DNA of 64,000 nt from an uncultured delta proteobacterium (GCA_963743525.1 CAVUQH010000003.1:160001-224000), one strand, 5' to 3'. Shown: positions 10,433-29,215, numbered from the stretch's first letter. Notes: generated by a model not told the origin, from the letters alone. Translations and numbers: made by a program.

Positions 10433-11620
10433 TCAGTTGCGGTCGTAGAGGTCGAGGAACAGGGCCGCCCAGATCATGCCTTCGTCGGCGTGGTAGAGGC
10501 GGGCGCGGCCGGTGTACGGGCGCAGGTCGCGGTCGTAGAGCTCGAGGTAGTTGCCGTCGATCTCGACGATCCGGGCGACCCGGTCGCGCAGTCGTCGGGC
10601 CCGGTCCGGCTCGATCGTCCGCAGCTGGGACAGGTAGAGCGGGCACAGCTGCATCCAGATGGTGTCGCCCTGGTAGTTGGGCGTGAACATGCGGGGTACC
10701 GGCAGCTCGGCGGACGCCTTGCGGCGCTCGAAGTAGCGCAGCGGGATCGGCTCGCTGAAGCCGTGGCTCTCGAGGGTGCGCAGCGCCGGGCCGCGGTAGC
10801 GGTGGTCGTCGTCGCCGAGGATGCGGAAGAAGAACGGGAACAGGTTGCCGTCGCCGGATGGCTCGTCGTGGTCGAGGGCGTGGCGGAAGTAGCTCCCGGT
10901 CCAGTGGCTGCCGACCAGCCGCCCGGCGATGTCGGCGCCGGCCAGCGGGTTGGGCAGGCGCGGCTCGTCGGCGAGGAGCTGCTCGAGCAAGGCCAGCATG
11001 GTGTTGGTGAACGTGGTCGAGCGCGCGCGGACGCAGTCGGCCGGCGCCGAGAAGTAGACCTCGGGCCGGGCCAGGCCGAGCTCGGGATCGAGCACGCGCT
11101 GGACGTAGCGCTCGACCTCGCGGCCGAGGAAGTCGCGGTGGCGGTCGACCAGCTCGTCGGCGCCGGCCTCGCGCAGGGCGAACAGCAGCATCGGCAGCGA
11201 GTCGCTGGCGAAGTCGTAGACGTCGCGGGCGTAGCGGTCGGCGAAGATGGTGGTGCACACCCCGCCACGGGCCTCGAAGATCGGCAGCGCCCACGCCAGC
11301 GACGAGATTACCCGGTCGCGCAGGCCCAGCCGCATCAGCGCCGGCGTGCAGAACGACAGGTCACGGGTCCAGAACTGGCGGAAGTGGCCGGCCGAGCCGG
11401 CGAGGTAGGTGCCGTTCCAGCAGTCCTCGAGCACGGCCCGGCAGATGGTCCGGGCGTCGCCTTCATATCGTTTCCAGCCCAGCATCGAGCGCCGCACCGA
11501 CCGCGCGACGACCGCGGCGCCGGCGGCGATGAGCACCGGGTCGATCGGGAACGGGACGCGCTCGAGCGCTCCCCCGCGGTCCGGCGGCGGCGCGGTCTCC
11601 TGACCGGGAGCGCGCATCAC
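10433..11620 (-). CDS. Six-hairpin glycosidase-like protein
   Basis: HFRQFWTRD, DSLP, NYQGDTIW, YLELYD, MIWAA pattern typical of (alpha/alpha)6 glycoside hydrolases; start uncertain. Confidence 0.6.
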   Translation of the reverse strand: MMRAPGQETAPPPDRGGALERVPFPIDPVLIAAGAAVVARSVRRSMLGWKRYEGDARTICRAVLEDCWNGTYLAGSAGHFRQFWTRDLSFCTPALMRLGLRDRVISSLAWALPIFEARGGVCTTIFADRYARDVYDFASDSLPMLLFALREAGADELVDRHRDFLGREVERYVQRVLDPELGLARPEVYFSAPADCVRARSTTFTNTMLALLEQLLADEPRLPNPLAGADIAGRLVGSHWTGSYFRHALDHDEPSGDGNLFPFFFRILGDDDHRYRGPALRTLESHGFSEPIPLRYFERRKASAELPVPRMFTPNYQGDTIWMQLCPLYLSQLRTIEPDRARRLRDRVARIVEIDGNYLELYDRDLRPYTGRARLYHADEGMIWAALFLDLYDRN

Positions 11621-11701
11621 CAGGGCCGGTCTCGCAGCATAGGCCGAGTCTACCTACTTCCCCGGGGTGCTGGCGACGCCGGACGGTGGAGACGCTGTTA
11701 G

Positions 11702-12868
<1,167 letters not shown>

Positions 12869-12890
12869 GCCGCGGCGGGCGGCCGGGCGC

Positions 12891-13085
12891 TCACAGCGAA
12901 GTCAGCACCTCGAGCGCCTTGAAGCCGAAGATCCCGCCGAGTACGGCGCCGATCCCTCCGCCGGCCGCCAGCACGCCGGGGTTGAAGTCGCCGTACAGGA
13001 GCCCCGCCGCCACGGCTCCCGCGCCGCCCACGACCAGGGCGGCAATGAGTCGCACGACGAGGCGAACCGCGCGGTTGTCTGCCAT
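12891..13085 (-). CDS. Small Gly-rich two-helix membrane protein
   Basis: 64-aa ORF with two hydrophobic segments filling the intergenic gap. Confidence 0.55.
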   Translation of the reverse strand: MADNRAVRLVVRLIAALVVGGAGAVAAGLLYGDFNPGVLAAGGGIGAVLGGIFGFKALEVLTSL

Positions 13086-13140
13086 CGCCACTCATTGGAA
13101 CACAGATCTGCCGGTGTGCCGGTGATAGAGTGACTATCGT

Positions 13141-15318
13141 ATGCGCGCCGACCTGATGCGCGGTGCGGTCGCCGCCGCGGTTGTCGCGCTCGTCGTCGCC
13201 GCGGTTCAGGCGGGGGCGGGTGTCGCGACGGATCACGGCGGCGCGGGGTTCGTCGCGCTCGCGCTCACGCTCGGGACCTACGCGGCGCTGCCGCTGATGG
13301 GGCTCGCGATCGGCCTGTCGCTGGCGGCGCGCCTCGCCGTGGCGGCGGTCGCCGGACCGGCGCGAGCGCGGTCGTACCCGGGCCTGTTTTCCGACGACCA
13401 GCAGCGGCCCCTCGTCGCGAGCATCGTCCACGGAGCCGCGGTCGCCTCGGGGCTGTTCGTCGCCGGCGCGACCGTGATCGTCGAATACGCGGTGACCCAT
13501 TTCGTCGATGCCACGCTGATCGGCGTGCTCGCTGCGGTGCTGTCGCTGCTGTGGCTCGCGCTCTCGATGGGCGCCGGTCTGACGGTGTTCGTGCTCGTCC
13601 GCGGGCGCCGCATCATTCCCGCGCAGCGCGCGTTCCTCGACCCGCTCGTGTCGCCGAAGGCCGCCGTGACGATGTGGCTGTTCCTCCTCTGGGTGGCCGC
13701 ACTCGCCGGCGTATCGCTGTCCGCCAGGTGGCGCATGGTCTTTCCGGTCCAGCTCGCCTTTTCGCTGACGCTCACGGTCCTGTTGCTGATGCAGGGGCGG
13801 CGGATCGCGGGCTGGCTGTGCACCGATCGCGGCCGGCCGCGGCGCGCCACCTGGCTGGGCATCGCCGTGGTCCTGGTGTTCGCGGGCATCTCGAGCGTGG
13901 TGGTCAACAGCGCGGCGGCGCGGCGCGGCGTCACCAGGTCGCCGACGCTGTCGATGATGTTCCGCTTCGCATCCAACGTCACCGACGTCGATCGCGACGG
14001 CGTCTCGTCGCTGTTCGGCCAGGGAGACTGTGCGCCGTTCGACTCCTCGGTGCATCCGGGCGCCGTCGATTTGCCCGACGACGGCATCGACCAGAACTGC
14101 GTTGGTGGAGATTTCGTCCGCGTCCCGCGGCCGTCCCCGCTGCCGGCCAAACCGGTGCCCGCGGCACTCCGACGCAGCGACTACTCGATCCTGCTCGTCA
14201 CCATCGACACCGTCCGCTGGGACCACACCGGCGCGGCCGGGTACGACCGCCCGACCACCCCGGCCCTCGACGCGCTCGCGGCCCGCGGCGCATTCTTCGA
14301 GAATTCGTATTCGGTGGGGAACACCACGCAGGAGGTGCTCCCCGTGATCGCGGCGTCGCAATACATGGAGAAGATTCCGCGCGACCCACGACTGGCCAGC
14401 GATCCTCAGGCGCCGCGCCGTCTTCAGCCGGGGGTGACCACGCTGGCCGAGGTACTGAGCAAGGGCGGCTACCGCACGGCGATGTTCACGAGCAGCAAAT
14501 ATTTCCAGCACTGGAACCTCGACCAGGGCATGGACGACCACGTGAACGTGCTCGAGAGCGGCAGCCCGACCGCCTACGAGACCGCACCGGAGCTCACGCG
14601 GCGCGCGATCGACTGGCTCGCGTCGCGAAGCAAGGACGAGAAATGGTTCGTGTGGGTCCACTACCTGGAGCCGCATTGGCCGTACGAGAAGCACGCGACG
14701 TCCCAGAGCTTCGGCGACTCGCCGACCGATCTGTACGACGGTGAGCTCCGGTTCGTAGACGATCAGCTGGGCGTGCTCGTCAACTGGATCGGCGCGAGCG
14801 AGCTCTGGCGCGATCGCACCATCGTCGTGGTCACCTCGGATCACGGCGAGTCGCTCGGCAACAACGGCCGCTACGGTCACGGCGGGGACGTGCTCCAGTA
14901 CCTGGTCGAGGTGCCGCTCGTCATCGCGGTGCCGGGCGCGGAGCCGCGCCGCGTGACGACTCCCTCGTCGTCGATCGACCTCGCGCCGACCCTCGCGGCG
15001 TTTGCCGGCGTGCCGCCCGACGGGCGGTGGATCGGTCGCGCCCTGGTCCCCGAGATCGCCTACGGAGACAATGATCCCGACCGGATCGTCTTCGCCACCG
15101 AGCCGGGTGGGCGGATCTACGCGGCGATCACGGCGCGGTGGAAGCTCGTCTACCAGGAGCGCGTGAACCTGTGGCGGCTCTCCGACCTGGTCGTCGATCC
15201 GGCCGAGAAACAGGACGTCTCGGCCGAGCATCGTGATATTCGCCAGCGTCTCGAAACGGCGCTGATTCGCTGGCGCGAATGGATGGTCGGCGCCGAGTTG
15301 CCGGAGGCGACGCGATGA
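13141..15318 (+). CDS. Membrane-anchored sulfatase/alkaline-phosphatase-superfamily protein
   Basis: Several N-terminal TM helices; DC..VHPGA.D..DDGIDQNC metal-binding repeat; LVTIDTVR, HYLEPH, YDGE..VD, TSDHGE, HG. Confidence 0.85.
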   Translation: MRADLMRGAVAAAVVALVVAAVQAGAGVATDHGGAGFVALALTLGTYAALPLMGLAIGLSLAARLAVAAVAGPARARSYPGLFSDDQQRPLVASIVHGAAVASGLFVAGATVIVEYAVTHFVDATLIGVLAAVLSLLWLALSMGAGLTVFVLVRGRRIIPAQRAFLDPLVSPKAAVTMWLFLLWVAALAGVSLSARWRMVFPVQLAFSLTLTVLLLMQGRRIAGWLCTDRGRPRRATWLGIAVVLVFAGISSVVVNSAAARRGVTRSPTLSMMFRFASNVTDVDRDGVSSLFGQGDCAPFDSSVHPGAVDLPDDGIDQNCVGGDFVRVPRPSPLPAKPVPAALRRSDYSILLVTIDTVRWDHTGAAGYDRPTTPALDALAARGAFFENSYSVGNTTQEVLPVIAASQYMEKIPRDPRLASDPQAPRRLQPGVTTLAEVLSKGGYRTAMFTSSKYFQHWNLDQGMDDHVNVLESGSPTAYETAPELTRRAIDWLASRSKDEKWFVWVHYLEPHWPYEKHATSQSFGDSPTDLYDGELRFVDDQLGVLVNWIGASELWRDRTIVVVTSDHGESLGNNGRYGHGGDVLQYLVEVPLVIAVPGAEPRRVTTPSSSIDLAPTLAAFAGVPPDGRWIGRALVPEIAYGDNDPDRIVFATEPGGRIYAAITARWKLVYQERVNLWRLSDLVVDPAEKQDVSAEHRDIRQRLETALIRWREWMVGAELPEATR

Positions 15319-15863
15319 AGGCTCTGTGGTGGGTTCTATTGTTGGCTTCCGTCACCGCATGCGGTGGTGCGAAGAAGGATGTGTCCGAACCGACGGCCGG
15401 CAAGACACCCGCGCCGATCGTCGCGTTGATGGAGCTGACGCTGACCCAGGAGGGGCGCCCGATCGCGCGGCTCCACGCCGATGGGCACTGCGAAGGGACG
15501 GAGCCGGATAGCAGCGGCAAGCCGGCCTACTTCGTGCCGGGACCTACGCTTCGCGCCGACGGAATGATCACCCTGAGCAAGTTGACCTTCACGGCCAGGG
15601 TCGATCGCGATGGACAGATCTACGTGGTGACGCCAGCGAGCGAGGGTGCAGTCGCTCACCTGTTCGGGCGCATCACGGGCAACGAATTCAAGCTCGAGAA
15701 TTCGAGCCAACCGTGGACCGTCCGCGTCGAAGGCGACACCCTTCGTTTCAACGGCTCGGGGCTGCCCAACCGCATCGAAGGCAAGGTCGACGACAGGGTC
15801 CGCCACACCGTCCTGGTGATGGCGGCGGCCTTCTTCATCGACATGTCGACCGCGCCCCACTGA
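15315..15863 (+). CDS. Hypothetical lipoprotein
   Basis: MKALWWVLLLASVTACGG lipobox; ATGA overlap with the upstream stop. Confidence 0.75.
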   Translation: MKALWWVLLLASVTACGGAKKDVSEPTAGKTPAPIVALMELTLTQEGRPIARLHADGHCEGTEPDSSGKPAYFVPGPTLRADGMITLSKLTFTARVDRDGQIYVVTPASEGAVAHLFGRITGNEFKLENSSQPWTVRVEGDTLRFNGSGLPNRIEGKVDDRVRHTVLVMAAAFFIDMSTAPH

Positions 15864-15952
15864 CCGCTGGAAATCCCAAGGGTTGGGCTCGGTCCGGCCA
15901 GATTTCTGACCCCTGGTTGCGGAGGTGCGGGAGGCGGTGTGAGCTATGAGAC

Positions 15953-16016
15953 GGGCGGCCGATCGTCCCCAGCCAGCTTGTAGCCCCCAAGTTCGGACGG
16001 TCGGCACGCCTTTTTT
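15953..16016 (+). ncRNA. Candidate small RNA or terminator with a large C-rich loop
   Basis: GGCG-GCCGATCGTCC/GGACGGTCGGC-a-CGCC stem, 26-nt loop, T6 tail. Confidence 0.4.
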
Positions 16017-16027
16017 GTTTTCGAAAT

Positions 16028-16064
16028 GAAACGGGGCGCCAGTGTTGCTGGCGCCCCGCGTTTC
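16028..16064 (-). terminator. Terminator of ahcY
   Basis: CGGGGCGCCAG-tgttg-CTGGCGCCCCG stem with a U-rich tail on the minus strand. Confidence 0.7.
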
Positions 16065-16081
16065 GAATCGTTTGATTTCGA

Positions 16082-17335
16082 TCAGGTGCCCGCGGCGTAG
16101 TCGGTCAGGTAGGCGAGCTGCTCGGGGGTGAGCTCGTCGATGGCCAGGCCCATGGTCTTGAGCTTGAGCTGGGCCAGCTCCTGGTCGAGCTCCTGCGGCA
16201 GCTCGTAGACGGTCTTGTCGAGGTTCTTGCCTTCCTTGGCCAGGCGGCAGAGCGCCAGGTACTGGTTGGCAAACGACATGTCCATCACCTCGCTCGGGTG
16301 GCCTTCGGCGGCGGCGAGGTTGATCAGGCGGCCCTGGCCGAGGACGTAGACGCGACGGCCGTCGTTGAGGGTGAACTCCTCGTTGTTGGGCCGCATCTGC
16401 CGGCGGCCCCTGGCGCGGGCCTCGAGGTGCTCGAGGTTGATCTCGCAGTCGTAGTGGCCGGTGTTGCAGACCAGCGCGCCGTCCTTCATGACGTCGAAGT
16501 GACGGTCGACGAGGATGTCCTTCATGCCGGTGGCGGTGATGAAGATGTCGCCGTGCTTGGCGGCCTCGTCCATCGGCATGACGCGGTGGCCTTCGAGGAC
16601 CGCCTTGAGCGCCTGGGTCGCCTTGACCTCGGTGACGATGACGTTGCAGCCCATGCCGGCGGCGCGCATGGCGACGCCGCGGCCGCAGTGGCCGTAGCCG
16701 GCGACGACCATGGTCTTGCCGGCGAGCAGCACGCTGGAGGCGCGCAAGATGCCGTCGAGCGACGACTGGCCGGTGCCGTAGACGTTGTCGAAGTCCCACT
16801 TGGTCTCGCTGTCGTTGACCGCGAAGACCGGGTACTTGAGCTTGCCGTCGGCGGCCATGGCGCGCAGGCGATGGACGCCTGTGGTGGTCTCTTCGGTGCC
16901 GCCGATGATCGTGCCGCACAGCTTCTCGTACTTGTTGTGCACGGTGAAGATCAGGTCGGCGCCGTCGTCGAGGGTCAGCGTCGGCTCGAAGTCGAGGGTG
17001 CGATCGATGCACCAGTAGAACTCTTCGGTTGACAGGCCGTGCCAGGCGTAGATCGAGATCCCCTCGGCGGCGAGCGCGGCGGCGACCTCATCGTTGGTCG
17101 ACAGCGGGTTGCAACCCGACCAGGACACCTCGGCCCCGGCGGCAACCAGGGTCCGCACGAGCACCGCGGTCTCCTTGGTCACGTGAAGGCAGCCGGCGAT
17201 CTTCATCCCCTTGAGGGGTTGCTCTGCCTTGCCCTTCTCGCGAAGCGCCATGAGGACCGGCATGCGCGACTCGGCCCACTCGATGCGAAGCCGGCCCGCG
17301 TCAGCCAGCTTGAGGTCCGCTACTTTGTGATTCAC
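16082..17335 (-). CDS. ahcY: Adenosylhomocysteinase (short, insert-less type)
   Basis: GCLHVT, SGCNPLST, DDGAD, EETTTG, FDNVYGTGQS, GYGHCG, GRLINL, GHPSEVMDMSF; AAGGAG RBS. Confidence 0.95.
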   Translation of the reverse strand: MNHKVADLKLADAGRLRIEWAESRMPVLMALREKGKAEQPLKGMKIAGCLHVTKETAVLVRTLVAAGAEVSWSGCNPLSTNDEVAAALAAEGISIYAWHGLSTEEFYWCIDRTLDFEPTLTLDDGADLIFTVHNKYEKLCGTIIGGTEETTTGVHRLRAMAADGKLKYPVFAVNDSETKWDFDNVYGTGQSSLDGILRASSVLLAGKTMVVAGYGHCGRGVAMRAAGMGCNVIVTEVKATQALKAVLEGHRVMPMDEAAKHGDIFITATGMKDILVDRHFDVMKDGALVCNTGHYDCEINLEHLEARARGRRQMRPNNEEFTLNDGRRVYVLGQGRLINLAAAEGHPSEVMDMSFANQYLALCRLAKEGKNLDKTVYELPQELDQELAQLKLKTMGLAIDELTPEQLAYLTDYAAGT

Positions 17336-17384
17336 GTATCTCTCTCCTTTGCGCCCTAAGCGGAAGGTTCAACGATGTACGAGG

Positions 17385-17413
17385 CTTATAGGCGGTGCGG
17401 TGAATGGGGTCAA
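17385..17413 (-). promoter_or_regulatory. sigma70-type promoter of ahcY
   Basis: TTGACC-N17-TATAAG on the minus strand. Confidence 0.6.
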
Positions 17414-17526
17414 GGGTAGGTGTAAGCCCCCGTGCCTTCTCGGGTTGCCGCTCTCTGCCTGGGCGTGTCATATCGAATATCGAGCGATGTCGCTCGGTTC
17501 GCGGCCGTGCCGGCCGGTTTCGCGAA

Positions 17527-17555
17527 TTGACCTTCGGATCGCCGGCCCATACGAT
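17527..17555 (+). promoter_or_regulatory. sigma70-type promoter of the kinase operon
   Basis: TTGACC-N17-TACGAT. Confidence 0.6.
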
Positions 17556-17567
17556 CGACCCTCGAGA

Positions 17568-19286
<1,719 letters not shown>

Positions 19287-19289
19287 GCG

Positions 19290-21056
19290 TTGCGCCGCGC
19301 CGTCGCCATAGCCGTCGCCCTGGTCGCGGCCGTGTCCGTGCCCGCTCGCGCCGACGACGGTCCCGATGACGCGCCGGCGACACAGCCGTCCGACGACACG
19401 GATCTGACCGCGCCGCCGACCGACGACGAGGCGCCGGCCGGCGGCCATCCCGACACCGGCTACATCGGCGGCCCCACCCGCACGCCGGAGATCGACGCCT
19501 GCCAGACGCCGTCCGACGTGCCCCAGGCCGAGCTGCGCGCGCGCGCCTCGGAGCACTACCAGCGCGGCAACACCCTCTACGTCCAGGGCGACTACGACGG
19601 CGCCATCGAGGAGTTCGTCGCCGCCTACTGCGACGCCCCCCACTACGAGATGCTCAAGAACATCGCCCAGTCGTTCGAGCGCGAGCTCGACTACGGCAAG
19701 GCGGTGGCCTATCTCAGCCGCTACATCCTGGAGATGCCCAAGGACGACCCGGCGCTGGCCGCGCAGATGGAGCAGATCTCGTTCCGCGTGCAGGTGCTGT
19801 CCAACCTGCCGGCGCGCGTGCGCGTGGCCACCGTGCCGCCGGGCGCGCGGGTGTCGCTGGTCGGCGAGACCGGCGTCAACGCCCGCGGCACCGCCGGCAG
19901 CAAGAAGCCGATGGAGGTGCGCAAGGGCAGCTACGAGCTGCGGGTCGAGCTCGACGGCTACGAGCCGATCAGCCAGAAGATCGAGGTCGAGATCGGCCAG
20001 CCGTACAGCTACTACTTCCGCCTCGAGCCCAAGCGCGGGACCATGCGCGTGGTCGCCGACGCGTCGGGCGCGCGCATCTTCGTCGACAAGAAGCTGGTCG
20101 GCATCGGCACCTACACCGAGCGGGTGCCGATCGGCGTCCACCAGGTGACCATCGAGGCCGACGGCCGCAAGCCGACCACGCGCCGGGTCGAGGTCAGCGC
20201 CGACCAGACCAGCGCGGTGACGGTCAAGCTGCCCAGGCCGGCCAGGTCCGGGCGCCAGCAGCTGCTGGTCGGGTCGACCCTCGCCGGCGCACTGTTCGCC
20301 GGCGGCGCCATGACCACCGTGCTCGACGACGCGCGCTTCGGTCTCCTCGGCGGTCTGCTCGGGCTGGGCATCGGTTTCGGTGGCGGCTACTACGGTGTGC
20401 CCTCGGACATCACCGTCGGGCAGTCGAGCTACATCATCGGCAGCACCTTCATCGGCGCCGGCGAGGGGCTGGCGGTCTCGTACTTCATCGCCTGCGATCC
20501 CGAGGTCACCGGTGACGCGCGGTGCAACCAGATCGTCGGCGGCGCCACGGTCGCCGCCGGTGTGGGCGGTCTGCTGTGGGGCGCGATCACCGCCGACAAA
20601 TTCGACCTCGACGCCGGCGACGCGGCGCTGGTCAACTCCGGCGCTCAGTGGGGCACCGTCGGCGGCTTGCTGTTCGTCGGCGCCTTCGACAACGATCGGC
20701 GCCTGTACGCGCCCCTCGGCTTTGCCGGGCTCAACCTGGGCCTGGTCGCGGGCAGCCTGCTGGCCCGCCGCCTCGACGTGAGCCGCGGCCACGTGGCTCT
20801 GATCGACCTGTCCGGCCTGGCCGGGATGATCGCCGGCGTGGCCCTGGTCGACGTCATCCAGCCCGGCCAGCGCAGCGACCGGCTGCCCCACTTCGCCCTG
20901 CTGGGCATGACGGCGGGGTTGATCACAGGTGGTTACCTGACCCGCAACATGGACGAAGTCGCGGCTCCGGTGCGGTCGGTGGCACCGACGGTCTCGGGGG
21001 CGCGCGACGCCAGTGGCCGGATGACGCCCGTGTTTGGCATGGGCGGCCGTTTCTAG
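19290..21056 (+). CDS. Exported TPR + PEGA domain protein with Gly-rich hydrophobic C-terminus
   Basis: Signal peptide; TPR-like helices; ATVPPGARV and DASGARIFVD PEGA repeats. Confidence 0.85.
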   Translation: MRRAVAIAVALVAAVSVPARADDGPDDAPATQPSDDTDLTAPPTDDEAPAGGHPDTGYIGGPTRTPEIDACQTPSDVPQAELRARASEHYQRGNTLYVQGDYDGAIEEFVAAYCDAPHYEMLKNIAQSFERELDYGKAVAYLSRYILEMPKDDPALAAQMEQISFRVQVLSNLPARVRVATVPPGARVSLVGETGVNARGTAGSKKPMEVRKGSYELRVELDGYEPISQKIEVEIGQPYSYYFRLEPKRGTMRVVADASGARIFVDKKLVGIGTYTERVPIGVHQVTIEADGRKPTTRRVEVSADQTSAVTVKLPRPARSGRQQLLVGSTLAGALFAGGAMTTVLDDARFGLLGGLLGLGIGFGGGYYGVPSDITVGQSSYIIGSTFIGAGEGLAVSYFIACDPEVTGDARCNQIVGGATVAAGVGGLLWGAITADKFDLDAGDAALVNSGAQWGTVGGLLFVGAFDNDRRLYAPLGFAGLNLGLVAGSLLARRLDVSRGHVALIDLSGLAGMIAGVALVDVIQPGQRSDRLPHFALLGMTAGLITGGYLTRNMDEVAAPVRSVAPTVSGARDASGRMTPVFGMGGRF

Positions 21057-21090
21057 CCCGATCGCCGCGGCCGAGTGGTAGCGTCCTGAG

Positions 21091-24048
<2,958 letters not shown>

Positions 24049-24079
24049 CCTCGCCGGGAGACTCGGGTATTCTCGGCCC

Positions 24080-24697
24080 GTGCTCGAGACCGAGCGACGG
24101 GCCGAAGTCGAGGCGAAGGTGCACGCGGCGTGCGAGGCCAACCGGCTGAGCGACGCCGCGACCCTGGCCATCGAATCGTACGGGCCGGAGATCCTCGGCT
24201 ACCTGGTGGCCGTGACCCGCAGCGAGTCCGACGCCGGTGAGGTGTTCGCGATGTTCAGCGAAGACCTGTGGCGCGGGCTGGACCGGTTCCGCTGGGAGTC
24301 GTCGCTGCGCACCTGGGCCTATACGGTGGCGCGCAACGCCATGCACCGCATGATGCGCGATCCCCACCGCCGCGCCGACCGGCGCATTCCCCTGTCGCAG
24401 TCGCCCGAGGCGGCAAACGTCGCCTTGCGCGTGCGCACGCAGACGCTGCCCTACCTGCGCACCGAGGTGAAGGACCGCGTGGCCGAGCTGCGCCGCGAGC
24501 TGGATCCGGAAGACCAGACGCTGTTCATCCTGCGCCTCAACCGCAAGATGTCGTGGAACGAGATCGCCAGCATCATGAGCGGCGACCGTGACCTGGACGA
24601 CGACGAGCGCAAACGCGAGGCGGCGCGGTTGCGCAAGCGGTTCGAGCGGGCCAAAGAGATCCTGCGCGACAAGGCGCGTGAACACGGCTTGACCTGA
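24080..24697 (+). CDS. ECF-type RNA polymerase sigma factor
   Basis: YGPEILGYL..DLWRGLDRFRWESSLRTWAYTVARN (region 2); LDPEDQTLFILR..MSWNEIA (region 4). Confidence 0.85.
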   Translation: MLETERRAEVEAKVHAACEANRLSDAATLAIESYGPEILGYLVAVTRSESDAGEVFAMFSEDLWRGLDRFRWESSLRTWAYTVARNAMHRMMRDPHRRADRRIPLSQSPEAANVALRVRTQTLPYLRTEVKDRVAELRRELDPEDQTLFILRLNRKMSWNEIASIMSGDRDLDDDERKREAARLRKRFERAKEILRDKAREHGLT

Positions 24698-24790
24698 TCG
24701 TGCGACGCATCGTGCGCCGCACGCCGGCAAAGTCGCGCAAATGACTGTTGCGGCGTCGGCGTCGGCGTCGGCGCGGCGTATCCTGCCGAC

Positions 24791-26316
24791 ATGCGGTCCG
24801 TCGTCGTCGTTGCGAGCTGCGTGCTGGCGCTGGCGTCGTGTGCCACGCGGCTCGATCGAACCCTGCACACGCCCGCCCAGACCACCCAGCTCGACCACGA
24901 TTCGTCCTACCTCAAGGCGCACATGAAGGACGGCGAGCTGTACGTCCTGAGCAACTGGAGCGTCGACGAGCGAGCGCACGTCGTCGCCGGGCTCGGCGTC
25001 CACTACGGTCTCGACCGCGGAGTGCTGGCCCAGGGCCACCAGAAGATCTCGATCGACGACGTGGCCCTGTTCGAGACCAACGTCGAGAAGACGTCGGCCT
25101 CGATCGCCGGCCTGGTGGTGGTGTCGCTGGCATCGGTGGCAGTCACCGTTGCCTGCCTGTCCAACCCCAAGGCCTGTTTCGGATCGTGCCCCACCTTCTA
25201 CGCTCCCGACACCGACGGTGGCGAGACGCTGATGGCCGAGGGCTTCTCGGCCAGCGTGGCCCCGTCGCTGGAGGCGCGCGACGTTGACGCGCTGTGGAAC
25301 GCGCGGGCGACGAGCTCCCGCTTCGAGCTGCGCGTGACCAACGAGGCGCTCGAGACCCATGTCATCCGCCGCGCCGATTTGCTGGTCGCCGAGCGACCGC
25401 CGGGCGGGCGGGTGATCGCCGATCAGGACGGCGCCTTGTGGCAGGCGGTGTCGATCACTCCGGTGAAGCGGTGCGAGGCGGCCGAGGGCGACTGCACCGC
25501 TGCAGTGCGGGCGATGGATGCCGACGAGCGGTTCAGCAGCACCGACGGCCACGACCTGGCCACCCGCGAGGAAGTCGCCCTCGACTTCGACGTGCCGGCG
25601 GGCGATGGACGCCTGGCGCTGGTCATCGGCGCGCGGCAGACCTTCCTGTTCGACCTTCCTCTTCTACCAGGCGCTGGCGTTCATGGGCACCAGCGCCACC
25701 GAGCGGCTGGCGGCGCTGGAGCGCGGCGACGCCGAGCTGAGCAAGCGGGCCAAGGCGCTCGACGCGGTGCTCGGCAACATCGAGGTGCAGGCGCGCGGCG
25801 CCGACGGCAGCTGGGCCACGGTCGGCGAGGTCGGCGAGACCGGGCCGATCGCCACCGACGTCAAGCTGGTCCAGCTGCCCGACGGTGTCGAGGCCCGATC
25901 GCTGCGCCTGCGCCTGACGCGCGGCCACTGGCGCCTCGGCTGGATCGCGCTGGCCCGCGTGCCGGGGCCGGCGAAGGCACAGCGCGTGCGGCCGTCGGCG
26001 GTGCGCCGGGTGCGCGGCTCGTTCGCCGACGCCGAGGCGCTGGATCGCCTGCGCCGTTCCGACCGCAAGCTCATCACCTTTCCCGGCGACGAATACGCGA
26101 TCGACTACGACCTGCCGGTCCCGCCCGAGCGGGCCGAGCTGCTGCTCGACGCCAAGGGCTACTACCTGGAGTGGATGCGCCAGGAGTGGCTGAAGGAAGA
26201 GAGCCCGGTGGCCGCCGCGCTGCTGCTGTACGCGCCGCGCCAGGCGATGGTGATCCTGGCGCCGCGCTTTCACGAGATGGAGCCGAACATGGAACGCATG
26301 TTCTGGGAGAGCCGCT

Positions 26317-26330
<14 letters not shown>
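24791..26330 (+). CDS. Hypothetical lipoprotein (+1 frameshift near 25649, probable error)
   Basis: LASC lipobox; CFGSCPTFY; frames join as ..RQTFL/STFLFYQAL..; AKGYYLEWMR. Confidence 0.75.
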
Positions 26331-27224
<894 letters not shown>

Positions 27225-27228
<4 letters not shown>

Positions 27229-27878
27229 CCACCGCGTCTCCCGCCCTCGCTCTCGTCCTCACGATGTCCATGGTCTCCAGCGGTTGCTCGGTGCTGTTCA
27301 TGGACCGCGCGCCAAAGCAGCCGTCGCCAACCAACTTCCCGGTCTGCAGTGACAGCGCCGCCGCGCCGACCGTCGACTTCCTCCTGGCCGGCAGTTACCT
27401 GTCCAGCGGGCTCGCAACGCTCGCCGACCGCGCCGACTCCGGCGAAGGATTCTCTCAGGACGACAAGGTCGCGATTGCTGCCTTCCTCGCGCTCAGCGCC
27501 GCCTTCATCGCCTCCGGCATCTACGGTCTCCACGTGCGCAGCGACTGCACCGCCGCGCGCAGCAAATGGGAAGATACGCGCCGCTTCGCAGCGCCCCATC
27601 CAGCCCCGCCGATCCCGGTCGGCAGCCGCGGCGGCCGCTGCTACGGCAACAACACCTGCAACCCCGGCTTCTTCTGCCACCCCAACGCGCACATCTGCGT
27701 GCCCGGCAGCAACGGCGTCGAGGGCGGCGCCTGCTTCGCCGACGGCAGCTGCAGTCCCGGCCTGCAGTGCGCCGGCGGCCTGTGCGTTCGCCCCCCGCCG
27801 GCCGAATGCCGCATCGACGCCAACTGCCCCACCGGTCACGTCTGCAGTGGCGGCTACTGCACCGAGCCCCCCAACTAG
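27225..27878 (+). CDS. Cys-rich lipoprotein/membrane protein
   Basis: SSGC lipobox; GGRCYGNNTC and GGACFADGSC repeats; ATGA overlap; GGAGG RBS. Confidence 0.75.
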
Positions 27879-27961
27879 GGGCGGAGCCGACGTTGGAAGC
27901 GAAAGCGGAGGAATGTCGGCTGGGTGCGGAGAGAAGGTTACAAACGCTGGCTCCGACCCCG

Positions 27962-29211
<1,250 letters not shown>

Positions 29212-29215
<4 letters not shown>

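Noticed and set aside
17336..17480. SAH/SAM riboswitch upstream of ahcY or metK
   Set aside because: Predicted promoters leave only ~40 nt (ahcY) or no leader (metK); no aptamer consensus recognised
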